Shown piece by piece: positions 13,557 through 24,939 of a stretch of DNA of 64,000 bases (its first letter is position 1; each line of letters begins with the position of its first letter). The notes under the pieces were generated by a model. It was not told the origin of the DNA. It did no database searches and saw only the letters and a list, made by a program, of their open reading frames with translations. The DNA comes from Octopus vulgaris (taxonomy: Eukaryota): contig OX597823.1 of assembly GCA_951406725.2 (NCBI GenBank), positions 100,316,001-100,380,000 of the forward strand. Reading direction: 5' to 3'. Both the position numbers and the translations under genes were made by a program.

Positions 13557-15114
13557 ATTTAATGTAAAATCAAAATTTCAAGACTGAAAGGAATTCCTTT
13601 GTAGCTCCCAGCTAAAAGTCCTTCCATTTTACATCAGTGTAAACTAATAGGAAGACAAGATTTAAGACAAAAGCTTTATACCCTACACAATATTTCAAGA
13701 CTTATGAGATTTGGATTATCTTGTTTGCATGGAACATGCATAAATGAAATCAATGCAAGAGAGCTGCAGAACTTTTATCTTAATTTTGGATGACACTACA
13801 AAGAAATATTACTATAAATAATTTATATTGCATGTTTGGTTTTAGCAAATTTTGAGAAACATGCATAAAAATATGAGAATAGTTCTACAAATAGTTCTAC
13901 AACAGAGCTGAGAAGGTACATAATTTTTAGGACATTGGGGAAATTTTGCTCACTTATGAATATATTTTGGCAATCACAGGTTCCATCCAAATCTACCCAA
14001 AAGAAAAAGATTATCTATCTCAGTTCTAGATAATTTCCTGTCTTGCATCGATTTCATTTATGTATGTCTACTACTTCCAAAAGACACCAACCTTAATATA
14101 AAAGCACTATCGAGTTTCTCAGAAACCACAAACGCATTACACTCTCATCAGACTGCTTCTGTCTGTATCTGCCAAACTAATTCAACAAACTTATGTCCTG
14201 CCATCCTATATCAAAGATATCGACAATGCTTTTCCCTTCCTTCCTGGACTCTCTAAACTCCTTATATTCCATCATGTCCCTGGTGAAGGTCTCAACCCTC
14301 ACATACCAAATCACACTTAATCCCAACACTTCACTTTGCTGAACCCGTCTCCTCTCTAAATTACATCTCGAGTGAGTTTCATCCACAGGTGAGCAGTGCA
14401 ACCGTTGGCCACAAAAATCTCTCAACCATTGTCTGTTTCAATAATTTTAAGATTAAACCTGTCTTCCCTAATTCGGTACCTTCGGTAAGGCTAGACTTTT
14501 TTCCCTACGTCACGAAAAACCAATTTATTCCATTCTGAACAGTTTATACACATTAATTATTAATGCAACCATCGCAACTTTTCTCAAATTCTGGTTTAAT
14601 TCTGGAGAGAATGGCGTCCACAGTTCCCAGCAGATAGTTAAAGGGAGGCAACTCTTAAGTAAATTGAATCAATGTCGCCAAATCATTCAAAAACTACAAC
14701 TTGACTCTAGAACAGGATTTCGCAACCTGTTTTCCCCCAGGCTCCTCTGTGACTTTCCAGTGGGATACGTAAAAAGATTAATTATTTATTGACTTCTGAT
14801 AATGATATACTTTCATTAAAGATATATCCAGAATAGTGCTGTACAATAGTGCAAACAGTTTTCACTGGAGGGATTGGTTTGGCTGGACCGAGAAAAGGAT
14901 GTCGTATGCTTGCTGTGAGAAAAGGGTCTTCATAATTCCATGTCCCATTAAGAAAAAAGAAAAAAAATTTGGCTCCCATGCCCCACTGGTGGGGTGCATG
15001 CCCCATGTTGGCAATCACTGTTCTAGAATTATGAAATAATTTGTAGTAGGATGAATTGTGCAGAAAATATTTGAACCATGCTGGAGGAGATGTTTTCCTG
15101 GGGCTATAAACAAC

Positions 15115-15147
<33 letters not shown>

Positions 15148-15301
15148 TGTGTACAGTGCTCAGGTGCACTACAACTCATCTAAAGTGTATATATAATCAG
15201 GTGTAGTTTCGGCGGATTTCGGAAAGCATGAGGGCCTTAAAGGATGCAGTGTCATGGCAGTCAACAACTGACGCAGGCAGTTTATTCCATGCTTCAGCAA
15301 C
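15115..15301 (-). mobile_element. Short 3' fragment of the young CR1 family
   Basis: Near-identical to 24195-24366, with (TTA)n tail. Confidence 0.9.
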
Positions 15302-15614
15302 GTCCCATGTGGGTCAGCCACATCTAGGTGGCAAATATACTTCACGATTTCAACCATTATTTTGTTATAACTTTAATATTTCAAATATCTCTGCAAAATT
15401 CAAATGATCCTTTCATCAGGATCATTTAGCTTTCCATACTGGCATGGGTAAAATGGTCTTGACTGGAGATGGTAAGCCGGAGAGGTGCGCCAGGCTGCTA
15501 GGGTTTGGTTTCTATGGCTGGATGCCTTTCCTAATGCCAACCACTCCATAAGATGTCTTAAGTGTCAGTGTAATGTACAAAATTGTACATCTACAATCCT
15601 TCAGCTTTCGTTTC

Positions 15615-15616
<2 letters not shown>

Positions 15617-15645
<29 letters not shown>

Positions 15646-17884
15646 TGTGTACAGTGCTCAGGTGCACTACAACTCATCTAAAGTGTATATATAATCAGGT
15701 GTAGTTTCAGCGGATTTCGGAAAGCATGAGGGCCTTAAAAGATGCAGTGTCATGGCAGTCAACAACTGACGCAGGCAGTTTATTCCATGCTTCAGCAACT
15801 CTGAGCGTGAAAAAATGTTTCCGAAAGTCATGGGAGCTGTATTGTTTTCTGACTTTGTAGGCATGTCCACGTGTGTTAGACACATGGAGATCAAAAAGGT
15901 GTTCAGTGTTGTTGTTGGTGAGGTGGTTGATAACTTTGTGGGTGTTTACCAAGTCCGTCGCCAAACGCCGGAGCTTCAGTGAATCCATGCCCAGGGAAAC
16001 AAGGCGCTCAGAATATGGTAGGTGTCTGATGGAGGGTATGCGTTTGGTTGCACGTCTCTGGACAGATTCCAGGAGGTCAATGTTCTGTGCAAGATAGGGG
16101 TTCCAAACTGATGATGCGAATTCCAAGTGTGGTCGTACCATAGCTGTATACAGTTTTAAATAGATGGCTGGAGAGCGGCTAACAAAAGACCTGCTGAGTG
16201 ATGCCAAGACACCCTCGGCCTTCCTGACAATCTTAGAGATATGCTTTGACCAACGCAAATCACTGCTGACAGTGATGCCTAGGTCACGCTCACAAGAGGA
16301 TTTCTTGATATCAGTGTTGTGGAGGGAGTATGTGAACGCAGGGTTTTTTCTCCCAAAATGCATGGTGGTACACTTGTCCACAGCCAGTTTCAGTTGCCAG
16401 TCTGTGATCCATTGCTGCATTGTGTCTAGGTCTGATTGCAGGAAAGAGTTGTAGACATCAGGATCTGTCCTCTTGATTTCAAGGTACAGCTTGATGTCGT
16501 CTGCATATTTCAATACTGTGGCATTCTTTAAATTGGCATCTATGTCGTTAATGTATGCCACAAACAAGAGGGGACCAAGGACAGATCCCTGTGGTACACC
16601 CGATGACATCTCATATGGTGTAGAGTGCTGTCCTAGAACTGTGACTACCTCCTTTCGGCTGAGGATGAAGGATTTCAACAAGTTAAAAAGGTCATCCCCC
16701 ACACCCATTGCAGAGAGTTTCACCATAAGCCTTTTGTGTGGCACAGAGTTGAAAGCCTTAGCAAAGTCAAGGTAGACAACATCCACCCATGAGCCACTGT
16801 CAGTAATCTGAGTAATGTCCTCAAGGAACTCGACAAGCTGGTCACTGCAGCTGGAGTTAGGGACAAATCCATATTGTGAGGGTCGGATGAGACTGTGAGA
16901 GCTCCAGAAGTTCCAGAGTGTTTCTCTGACACACGATTCCATCAGTTTTGCAATACAGCTAGTGAGACTGACTGGGCGATAGTTGACAGGTGATGTGCGG
17001 TCGCCCTTTTTGAACAGAGGAATGACACTGGCAGTTTTCCACTGCTCCGGAGTAGCACCATTGTTGAGACAGTACTGGAAGAAAATAGAAAGCTGGTGTA
17101 AAAGGAAGTGCCTGCCACGTTTGAGAAGCAGGTATGTAACTCCATCGAGACCAGGGGAGGCATAGTTGCGCTTATTTTGAAGGTGACGTCGCAGCATTGC
17201 AGGTGTAAATTCCATAGTTGTTATGGAGTTTGCTGTTAGTGATGGTGAAGATGGTACATTTTGACTTTCAACAGTGAATATGTTTGCATAGCACTCGGCA
17301 ATGAGTTCTGCGCATTCCTTGGGGTCGTCAGTGATCTGGTTTGTGTGAGGGTTGCGAAGAGGGCCCACTGGAGAGTGAGGTCTCTGCTTTGAGTGCACAT
17401 ATTTCCAGAAAACCTTGCTGTCAGGATTGGCTGCTATGCACTGTTCAAATTCAAGCACTGCCTTTTTTGTCACCTGCTTGAGATGGTTGGAGGATTTATT
17501 CCGCTTCTTCCTGTTGGTGTCTGATTTATGCAACCTGTATTCCCGTTCAGCAGTCCGACGTTCCCTCCTGGCAAGTCGGACCGCTGAAGTTTCCCAAATT
17601 GCCCTTTTGGGGCGGTTCTTCTTTTTTTGTTTACGTGGCACTGATGCTGCACATGCTGCCCATATTGAGTCCAGGATACTCTGGAGTATAGTATTCACAT
17701 CTCCAGAGTTGTAGAATTCACGCCAGTTTGGGTGCTGTAGTTCAGTGTGGTACAGGTTCCAATCTGCTCTCTTCCAATCGAAGGAAGCAGATTGGAGATG
17801 GTTCAGGTTTTTGTTGCCCGCAAGAGCCAGATTGGCGATGATCATAGCATGATCAGAGTCACCTAGAGGTTCCTCCCTAGTGCA
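15617..17884 (-). mobile_element. 5'-truncated young CR1 copy (712-aa RT ORF)
   Basis: Reverse complement of about 22111-24366 with only a few substitutions. Confidence 0.95.
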
Positions 17885-18227
17885 AAAAAATTATTTCGAT
17901 GCAATATATTTTTTTAAAATTTTCTCAGGATCTCAAGTGGGTGACACAAACCTATCGATATGTGTTTTATAGTGAACAACAAAATTTCCATTCAAATGGC
18001 GATTGCTGGACGATTTTCTGTTCGAGTCTGACCGAAGTGGAACTGCGACCCAACTCACAAATAGACAGACGACGAGTATTTGTACAAAAAGCAAAGGAAC
18101 ATTACTAAATATACCAACCTATGTCGTCCGATACTCTTTACTCACTCTTGTTAGCCCTCGTCATCTTTATCTGACATTTAACAACTGCTTTCCAGCTTCG
18201 CTTTGGAAAAAATAATCATTTACTTGA

Positions 18228-18445
18228 CTTACTCTTTACTCTTTTACTTGTTTCAGTCATTTGACTGTGGCCATGCTGGAGCACCGCCTTTAGTCGAGTA
18301 GATCGACCCCCCTCCCGGACTTATTCTTTGTAAGCCTAGCACTTATTCAATTGGTCTCTTTTGCCGACACCGCTAAGTTACGGGGACGTAAACACACCAG
18401 CATCAGTTGTCAAGCGATGTTGGAGGGTGCAAACATAGGCACACA

Positions 18446-18482
<37 letters not shown>

Positions 18483-18645
18483 GACGGGCTTCTTTCAGTT
18501 TCCGTCTACCAAATCCATTCACAAGGCTTTGGTCAGCCCGAGGCTGTAGTAGAAGACACTTGCCCAAGGTGCCATGCAGTGGGACTGAACCCGGAACCAT
18601 GTGGTTGGGAAGCAAGCTACTTACCACACAGCCACTCCTGCACCT
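18228..18645 (-). mobile_element. tRNA-derived SINE
   Basis: Pol III A-box (TGGCTGTGTGG) and B-box (GGTTCAGTCCC) head, internal (TA)n, (AGTAAAG)n-like tail. Confidence 0.8.
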
Positions 18646-19655
18646 ATAAAGCTATTAAAACTATTTGGAACTCTCACACATAAATCTGTCCGACTGGTTA
18701 TCTAGCCATCATTTTTTACTGCTTTCTTCTTTCCTTTCATAAAATTTCATTGCAGCTAAAAGTACCCCTAAAAATAAAAGATATAAAATAGTCAAGAACT
18801 GAGAAGAAACCAAAAGCAAAACAACTGTTATTGATTGGTAGACAGGAAGGAAGAAAAGTTTAAAATTGGGAGTCGGGTGGAATTAAAGTGGTCCCTTATT
18901 AAACTATTTTAACATTAATTATTAAACATATTAGTTTCTCATAAAATGGTGTGTATTTTAATTATTAGTTTAATGTTTACATCTTGACCGGGAAACGAAA
19001 ATCCCCGCCAAAATACTTGGAGTAAAAAAATGTTTAGGAAACGAAGAGGAAAAAAATAAAATGCGCGCAAAGCAATGCGAGAGGAGTTGGGAAAATTCAC
19101 AAAATCCGAGTTTTTCCTTCATAACTTTTAGGAAAATGTGTCTTTTTCAATGAAATTTTATATAAATACATTTTTTTCTACATATTATCTTTTGACCCTC
19201 GATGGCTTCAGCCATTTATGCTTGTCGTCAATTTGGTTAATTATAAAGCTATTCTATCTCGATGTTTCATTCCATTTTAGGCGATCTTTCGTTTGTAGTA
19301 GCACGTTTCCGTCGATGATTTCCGTAAAAAACTTTTATTTTTTTACATATGGGTTTGCGGGAATATTTGAAGTAATGAGAGCGAAAGAGACTAAGAGGAA
19401 GCGATTTTATGACGAGGGAATTTCTTTTTGAAGTCCCCGTGTGTGTGTTTGATGGGGTGTGGGAGACAGACAGTATGTTGTGTAAGTGAAGTGCTTCTGT
19501 TAGTGTGTGTGAAGAGACAGAGAGAGTAATGTGTGAAAGAGAGAGATAACTGAAATTTTTACTCGGTGTATGTGTATATGTATGTATGCATGTATGTGTG
19601 TGTGTGTATGTATGTATGTATGTATGGCCGATTCAGTGTACACTGAATCGGCCAT

Positions 19656-19688
<33 letters not shown>

Positions 19689-20283
19689 TACATTCAGACA
19701 TACATATACACATACACCGAGTAAATAATTACACTGAATCGGCCATACATACATACATACACACATACATAGATACATACACACATACATAGATACATAC
19801 ACACATCCCATTCCCTTATCAAAAATCTTGATTATTATTATTGAGTGAGAGAGCAGTGCATGTCATCAAAATGACACTGGGGTAAAATATACGAAGCCCA
19901 GTATACCCATCATACGACAGTAAGTACGTCCAAAATTTATAAAGCAGTGACATACATACATACATAGATACTTGTAGCACACATGTATATACGTGCAGAG
20001 TGAAAATAAATCACACTATTTAATGTGACGGACTACACTGCAAAAAAATCAAAAATTTCATTTCTGTTTACAAACTTTCTCCGTGTCTATACGCACAAAT
20101 ACTTTTATGTATACACACGCAATATTTAAGAAAAAAAGGAATATACACAAAAAAGAACGAAACATGTGTATATACACACACAATATTTAAGAACAAGGAA
20201 TATACACAAAAAAGAACGAATCAAAACAAATATTTTATATTTTACTTTTATCGTATTGTTGTTTACATTTTCTGTCTCTACGG

Positions 20284-20676
20284 ATGACCAGAACCAACAG
20301 AATCGCCATGGTGAAATCCATAGCGGCGTGCGATAAGACTGGTCGCTGCTCTAAAATAGAACACTGCCCAGAAAATCACACCTGCCACATCTGTACGGAA
20401 CCCGAAAATACGTTCCGTAATCGCTGGGTCGAATGTGGGACATGTCTCATCTCTGTCTGCCTCCAATGTGCCACGGACTTTCAGAAGATCCCAGGCCAAA
20501 AAAGAGCCATCATAATGCTATGATGGATAGACTCTGGAAGTTGGTTCAGCTTAAATCTTGGACTTTTCAGTGTCAGGCCTGCGTGCCTCCACAACCGACG
20601 ATTGTGTCTCCCACTGCCACTCCCGTGGAGGAGGCGGAACAGCAACAGCAGCAACAACAAAATCAACCACAACCAG

Positions 20677-20709
<33 letters not shown>

Positions 20710-21479
20710 TAGAGCAGCAGCAACAACAAAATCAACCACAACCAGAGCAGCAGCAACAACAAAATCAACCACAACCAGAGCAGCAGCAACAACAACAACA
20801 ACAACAAAATCAACCACAACCAGAGCAACAGCAGCAACAACAACAACACCAATTGACCAGTGCGGTTCTTGCAGAACTGCAACAATCGATCTGTGCTTTA
20901 AAAGGGGAAGTAGCAGGAATAAAAGCAACCATTCAGGTTGGACTCCACAATGAGGGGTCTTATCAGAATGCTCTGCTAAAGAACCTCCCTGTACCTGTAC
21001 CTCTTGTCGCATTTAAGACCGCGGATTCTGCCACCCATGAAGTCATTGCCATTGGGGTGCCAGAAGACATGGCTGATCTTCAGGCTTTTGCTGCCAACTC
21101 AGCCAAAGACCTAGGCTGCGTTCCCCCAACGGGTGCTATCCGCCTTGGACGACCTGGCCCAAAACCTAGGCTCATCAAGTTGTCTTTTACGGACCCCACT
21201 GAGGCAACCTCTTACCATCTGGCCTCAGTTAAAGCTGGGCGGGAAAATCGGACCACCTTCCGAACACGCCCAGGCTTACCGTCCGATGTACGTCCGAAGC
21301 TACGTGTAGTGGCTTCCCTGAATAGGAACTCAGCTCTACAGGAAAGCTTCAGTCTTCGGGAAGATGGACAAATCTGGAGATTTGTCAAGACTGCTGAAAC
21401 GTGGAAGAGAGATACCAGCTGGTCTGAGTGCTCTCTACCCACAATAACTAAAAAGACTACAGCAACTCAGGGAAACTAA
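20284..21479 (+). CDS. CR1 ORF1: PHD finger (split by a 1-nt frame break), polyQ tract, coiled coil, RRM-like domain
   Basis: CHIC...WVECGTC...CLQC (ORF 20284) plus WTFQCQAC (ORF 20433); VIAIGVPE and RLGRPG.KPRLIKL motifs. Confidence 0.8.
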
Positions 21480-21535
21480 GCCAGAACAACCTGCCATCCT
21501 CTACACACCATCATAAACTGCGAGCAGGGTACAAA

Positions 21536-24301
21536 TTGTTGTCCTTAAATGCTCGCAGTTTATGCAACAAAATACATTTGTTCAACGCCTACGTCAGAAG
21601 TGTTGACCCTGACTTCATCACTGTCACGGAAACATGGGCGCATTCCTTACTCTGTGATGGGGTTTTCAACATTACGGGGTACAACCTCTTCCGTAAGGAC
21701 CGCACTAACCGCCGTGGTGGTGGTGTGATGGTCTACGTTCGTTCAAATTTTTTGGTAATTCCTTGTGCCGATTTGAACGAATCACAAGAAGAAGTTTTTT
21801 TCTGTGACGTGCGTATGACCATGTCAACACTCCTGCTTGGCGTTGTTTATCGTCCCCCAAGTTACCATCGGGACACACAGCTTTGCAATGTCCTCCGAGC
21901 TGCTGCCAGGAAAACAGCCACTTATGTGTTTATTGCAGGCGATTTCAATCATCCTGAGATCGATTGGGAGACCTTCCATTGGCCACAGAGTGCAAACGAT
22001 TTTGTTGAGCTTGTGCTGGACTCAAACTGGTCACAAGTAGTCACCTCTCCAACAAGAGGCGACAACACCTTGGACCTGCTCTTCACCACAACTCCTGAAG
22101 CAGTTATCAATTGCACTAGGGAGGAACCTCTAGGTGACTCTGATCATGCTATGATCATCGCCAATCTGGCTCTTGCGGGCAACAAAAACCTGAACCATCT
22201 CCAATCTGCTTCCTTCGATTGGAAGAGAGCAGATTGGAACCTGTACCACACTGAACTACAGCACCCAAACTGGCGTGAATTCTACAACTCTGGAGATGTG
22301 AATACTATACTCCAGAGTATCCTGGACTCAATATGGGCAGCATGTGCAGCATCAGTGCCACGTAAACAAAAAAAGAAGAACCGCCCCAAAAGGGCAATTT
22401 GGGAAACTTCAGCGGTCCGACTTGCCAGGAGGGAACGTCGGACTGCTGAACGGGAATACAGGTTGCATAAATCAGACACCAACAGGAAGAAGCGGAATAA
22501 ATCCTCCAACCATCTCAAGCAGGTGACAAAAAAGGCAGTGCTTGAATTTGAACAGTGCATAGCAGCCAATCCTGACAGCAAGGTTTTCTGGAAATATGTG
22601 CACTCAAAGCAGAGACCTCACTCTCCAGTGGGCCCTCTTCGCAACCCTCACACAAACCAGATCACTGACGACCCCAAGGAATGCGCAGAACTCATTGCCG
22701 AGTGCTATGCAAACATATTCACTGTTGAAAGTCAAAATGTACCATCTTCACCATCACTAACAGCAAACTCCATAACAACTATGGAATTTACACCTGCAAT
22801 GCTGCGACGTCACCTTCAAAATAAGCGCAACTATGCCTCCCCTGGTCTCGATGGAGTTACATACCTGCTTCTCAAACGTGGCAGGCACTTCCTTTTACAC
22901 CAGCTTTCTATTTTCTTCCAGTACTGTCTCAACAATGGTGCTACTCCGGAGCAGTGGAAAACTGCCAGTGTCATTCCTCTGTTCAAAAAGGGCGACCGCA
23001 CATCACCTGTCAACTATCGCCCAGTCAGTCTCACTAGCTGTATTGCAAAACTGATGGAATCGTGTGTCAGAGAAACACTCTGGAACTTCTGGAGCTCTCA
23101 CAGTCTCATCCGACCCTCACAATATGGATTTGTCCCTAACTCCAGCTGCAGTGACCAGCTTGTCGAGTTCCTTGAGGACATTACTCAGATTACTGACAGT
23201 GGCTCATGGGTGGATGTTGTCTACCTTGACTTTGCTAAGGCTTTCAACTCTGTGCCACACAAAAGGCTTATGGTGAAACTCTCTGCAATGGGTGTGGGGG
23301 ATGACCTTTTTAACTGGTTGAAATCCTTCATCCTCAGCCGAAAGGAGGTAGTCACAGTTCTAGGACAGCACTCTACACCATATGAGATGTCATCGGGTGT
23401 ACCACAGGGATCTGTCCTTGGTCCCCTCTTGTTTGTGGCATACATTAACGACATAGATGCCAATTTAAAGAATGCCACAGTATTGAAATATGCAGACGAC
23501 ATCAAGCTGTACCTTGAAATCAAGAGGACAGATCCTGATGTCTACAACTCTTTCCTGCAATCAGACCTAGACACAATGCAGCAATGGATCACAGACTGGC
23601 AACTGAAACTGGCTGTGGACAAGTGTACCACCATGCATTTTGGGAGAAAAAACCCTGCGTTCACATACTCCCTCCACAACACTGATATCAAGAAATCCTC
23701 TTGTGAGCGTGACCTAGGCATCACTGTCAGCAGTGATTTGCGTTGGTCAAAGCATATCTCTAAGATTGTCAGGAAGGCCGAGGGTGTCTTGGCATCACTC
23801 AGCAGGTCTTTTGTTAGCCGCTCTCCAGCCATCTATATAAAACTGTATACAGCTATGGTACGACCACACTTGGAATTCGCATCATCAGTTTGGAACCCCT
23901 ATCTAGCACAGAACATTGACCTCCTGGAATCTGTCCAGAGACGTGCAACCAAACGCATACCCTCCATCAGACACCTACCATATTCTGAGCGCCTTGTTTC
24001 CCTGGGCATGGATTCACTGAAGCTCCGGCGTTTGGCGACGGACTTGGTAAACACCCACAAAGTTATCAACCACCTCACCAACAACAACACTGAACACCTT
24101 TTTGATCTCCATGTGTCTAACACACGTGGACATGCCTACAAAGTCAGAAAACAATACAGCTCCCATGACTTTCGGAAACATTTTTTCACGCTCAGAGTTG
24201 CTGAAGCATGGAATAAACTGCCTGCGTCAGTTGTTGACTGCCATGACACTGCATCTTTTAAGGCCCTCATGCTTTCCGAAATCCGCCAAAACTACACCTG
24301 A
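21536..24301 (+). CDS. CR1 ORF2: intact AP endonuclease and reverse transcriptase (921 aa, no AUG start)
   Basis: LNARS, TETW, YRPP, GDFN, SDH, YRPVSL, DFAKAF, GVPQGSVLGPLLF, YADD, TRGH, WNKLP; followed by a short 3' UTR and (TTA)n to 24366. Confidence 0.95.
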   Translation: MLSLNARSLCNKIHLFNAYVRSVDPDFITVTETWAHSLLCDGVFNITGYNLFRKDRTNRRGGGVMVYVRSNFLVIPCADLNESQEEVFFCDVRMTMSTLLLGVVYRPPSYHRDTQLCNVLRAAARKTATYVFIAGDFNHPEIDWETFHWPQSANDFVELVLDSNWSQVVTSPTRGDNTLDLLFTTTPEAVINCTREEPLGDSDHAMIIANLALAGNKNLNHLQSASFDWKRADWNLYHTELQHPNWREFYNSGDVNTILQSILDSIWAACAASVPRKQKKKNRPKRAIWETSAVRLARRERRTAEREYRLHKSDTNRKKRNKSSNHLKQVTKKAVLEFEQCIAANPDSKVFWKYVHSKQRPHSPVGPLRNPHTNQITDDPKECAELIAECYANIFTVESQNVPSSPSLTANSITTMEFTPAMLRRHLQNKRNYASPGLDGVTYLLLKRGRHFLLHQLSIFFQYCLNNGATPEQWKTASVIPLFKKGDRTSPVNYRPVSLTSCIAKLMESCVRETLWNFWSSHSLIRPSQYGFVPNSSCSDQLVEFLEDITQITDSGSWVDVVYLDFAKAFNSVPHKRLMVKLSAMGVGDDLFNWLKSFILSRKEVVTVLGQHSTPYEMSSGVPQGSVLGPLLFVAYINDIDANLKNATVLKYADDIKLYLEIKRTDPDVYNSFLQSDLDTMQQWITDWQLKLAVDKCTTMHFGRKNPAFTYSLHNTDIKKSSCERDLGITVSSDLRWSKHISKIVRKAEGVLASLSRSFVSRSPAIYIKLYTAMVRPHLEFASSVWNPYLAQNIDLLESVQRRATKRIPSIRHLPYSERLVSLGMDSLKLRRLATDLVNTHKVINHLTNNNTEHLFDLHVSNTRGHAYKVRKQYSSHDFRKHFFTLRVAEAWNKLPASVVDCHDTASFKALMLSEIRQNYT

Positions 24302-24939
24302 TTATATATACACTTTAGATGAGTTGTAGTGCACCTGAGCACTGTACACAATTATTATTATTATTATACATACACACACACATACATAGATACATACACA
24401 CACACACATACATGCATACATACATATACACATACACCGAGTAAAAAATTTCAGTTATCTCTCTCTTTCACACATTACTCTCTCTGTCTCTTCACACACA
24501 CTAACAGAAGCACTTCACTTACACAACATACTGTCTGTCTCCCACACCCCATCGAACACACACACACACACACACATGTACATCAATGCTTCGGTAACTT
24601 CAAAACAAATTCCCTCGTCATAAAATCGCTTCCTCTTAGTCTCTTTCGCTCTCATTACTTCAAATGTTCCCGCAAACCCATATGTAAAAAACTAAAAGTT
24701 TTTTACGGAAATCATCGACGGAAACGTGCTACTACAAACGAAAGATCGCCCCATTTTAAAATATGTAGTTTATTGAAAGTTGTGGAAAAAAAAGAAATCA
24801 AAGTAAATATAATACTGGAGTGCTACGTCATATTATGGCTACCATACAATAATTATAATGCGATTTCTTAATGTTTATACGAAATAATGAAATAACCTTA
24901 AAATTAAAATAATTCCTCATTTGTATAACCTCTCTATAC

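Larger units (their letters stand above)
19280..24750. mobile_element. Long-TIR foldback DNA element (Merlin-like termini) containing a CR1 LINE
   Basis: About 340-bp inverted arms GGCGATCTTTCG...CGAAAGATCGCC; exact 8-bp TSD CCATTTTA (19272-19279 / 24751-24758). Confidence 0.88.

Noticed and set aside
13735-14068. About 25-bp inverted repeat pair
   Set aside because: Imperfect with no TSD; most likely an old MITE interior.
18570-18645. tRNA gene (also at 29447-29510)
   Set aside because: Only A/B-box-like heads without a full cloverleaf, continuing into SINE bodies.
20496-20504. AAAAAAG as a second programmed -1 frameshift site
   Set aside because: The heptamer is out of phase relative to the upstream ORF (CAA AAA AGA), so an indel is more parsimonious.
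20551-21012. Antisense and alternate-frame ORFs (V/A-rich, T/A-rich)
   Set aside because: Shadows of the CAG/CAA repeat in ORF1.
24329-24871. 180-aa ORF after CR1 ORF2 as a third ORF
   Set aside because: Runs through the LINE tail, microsatellite and MITE arm; low complexity with a non-AUG start.
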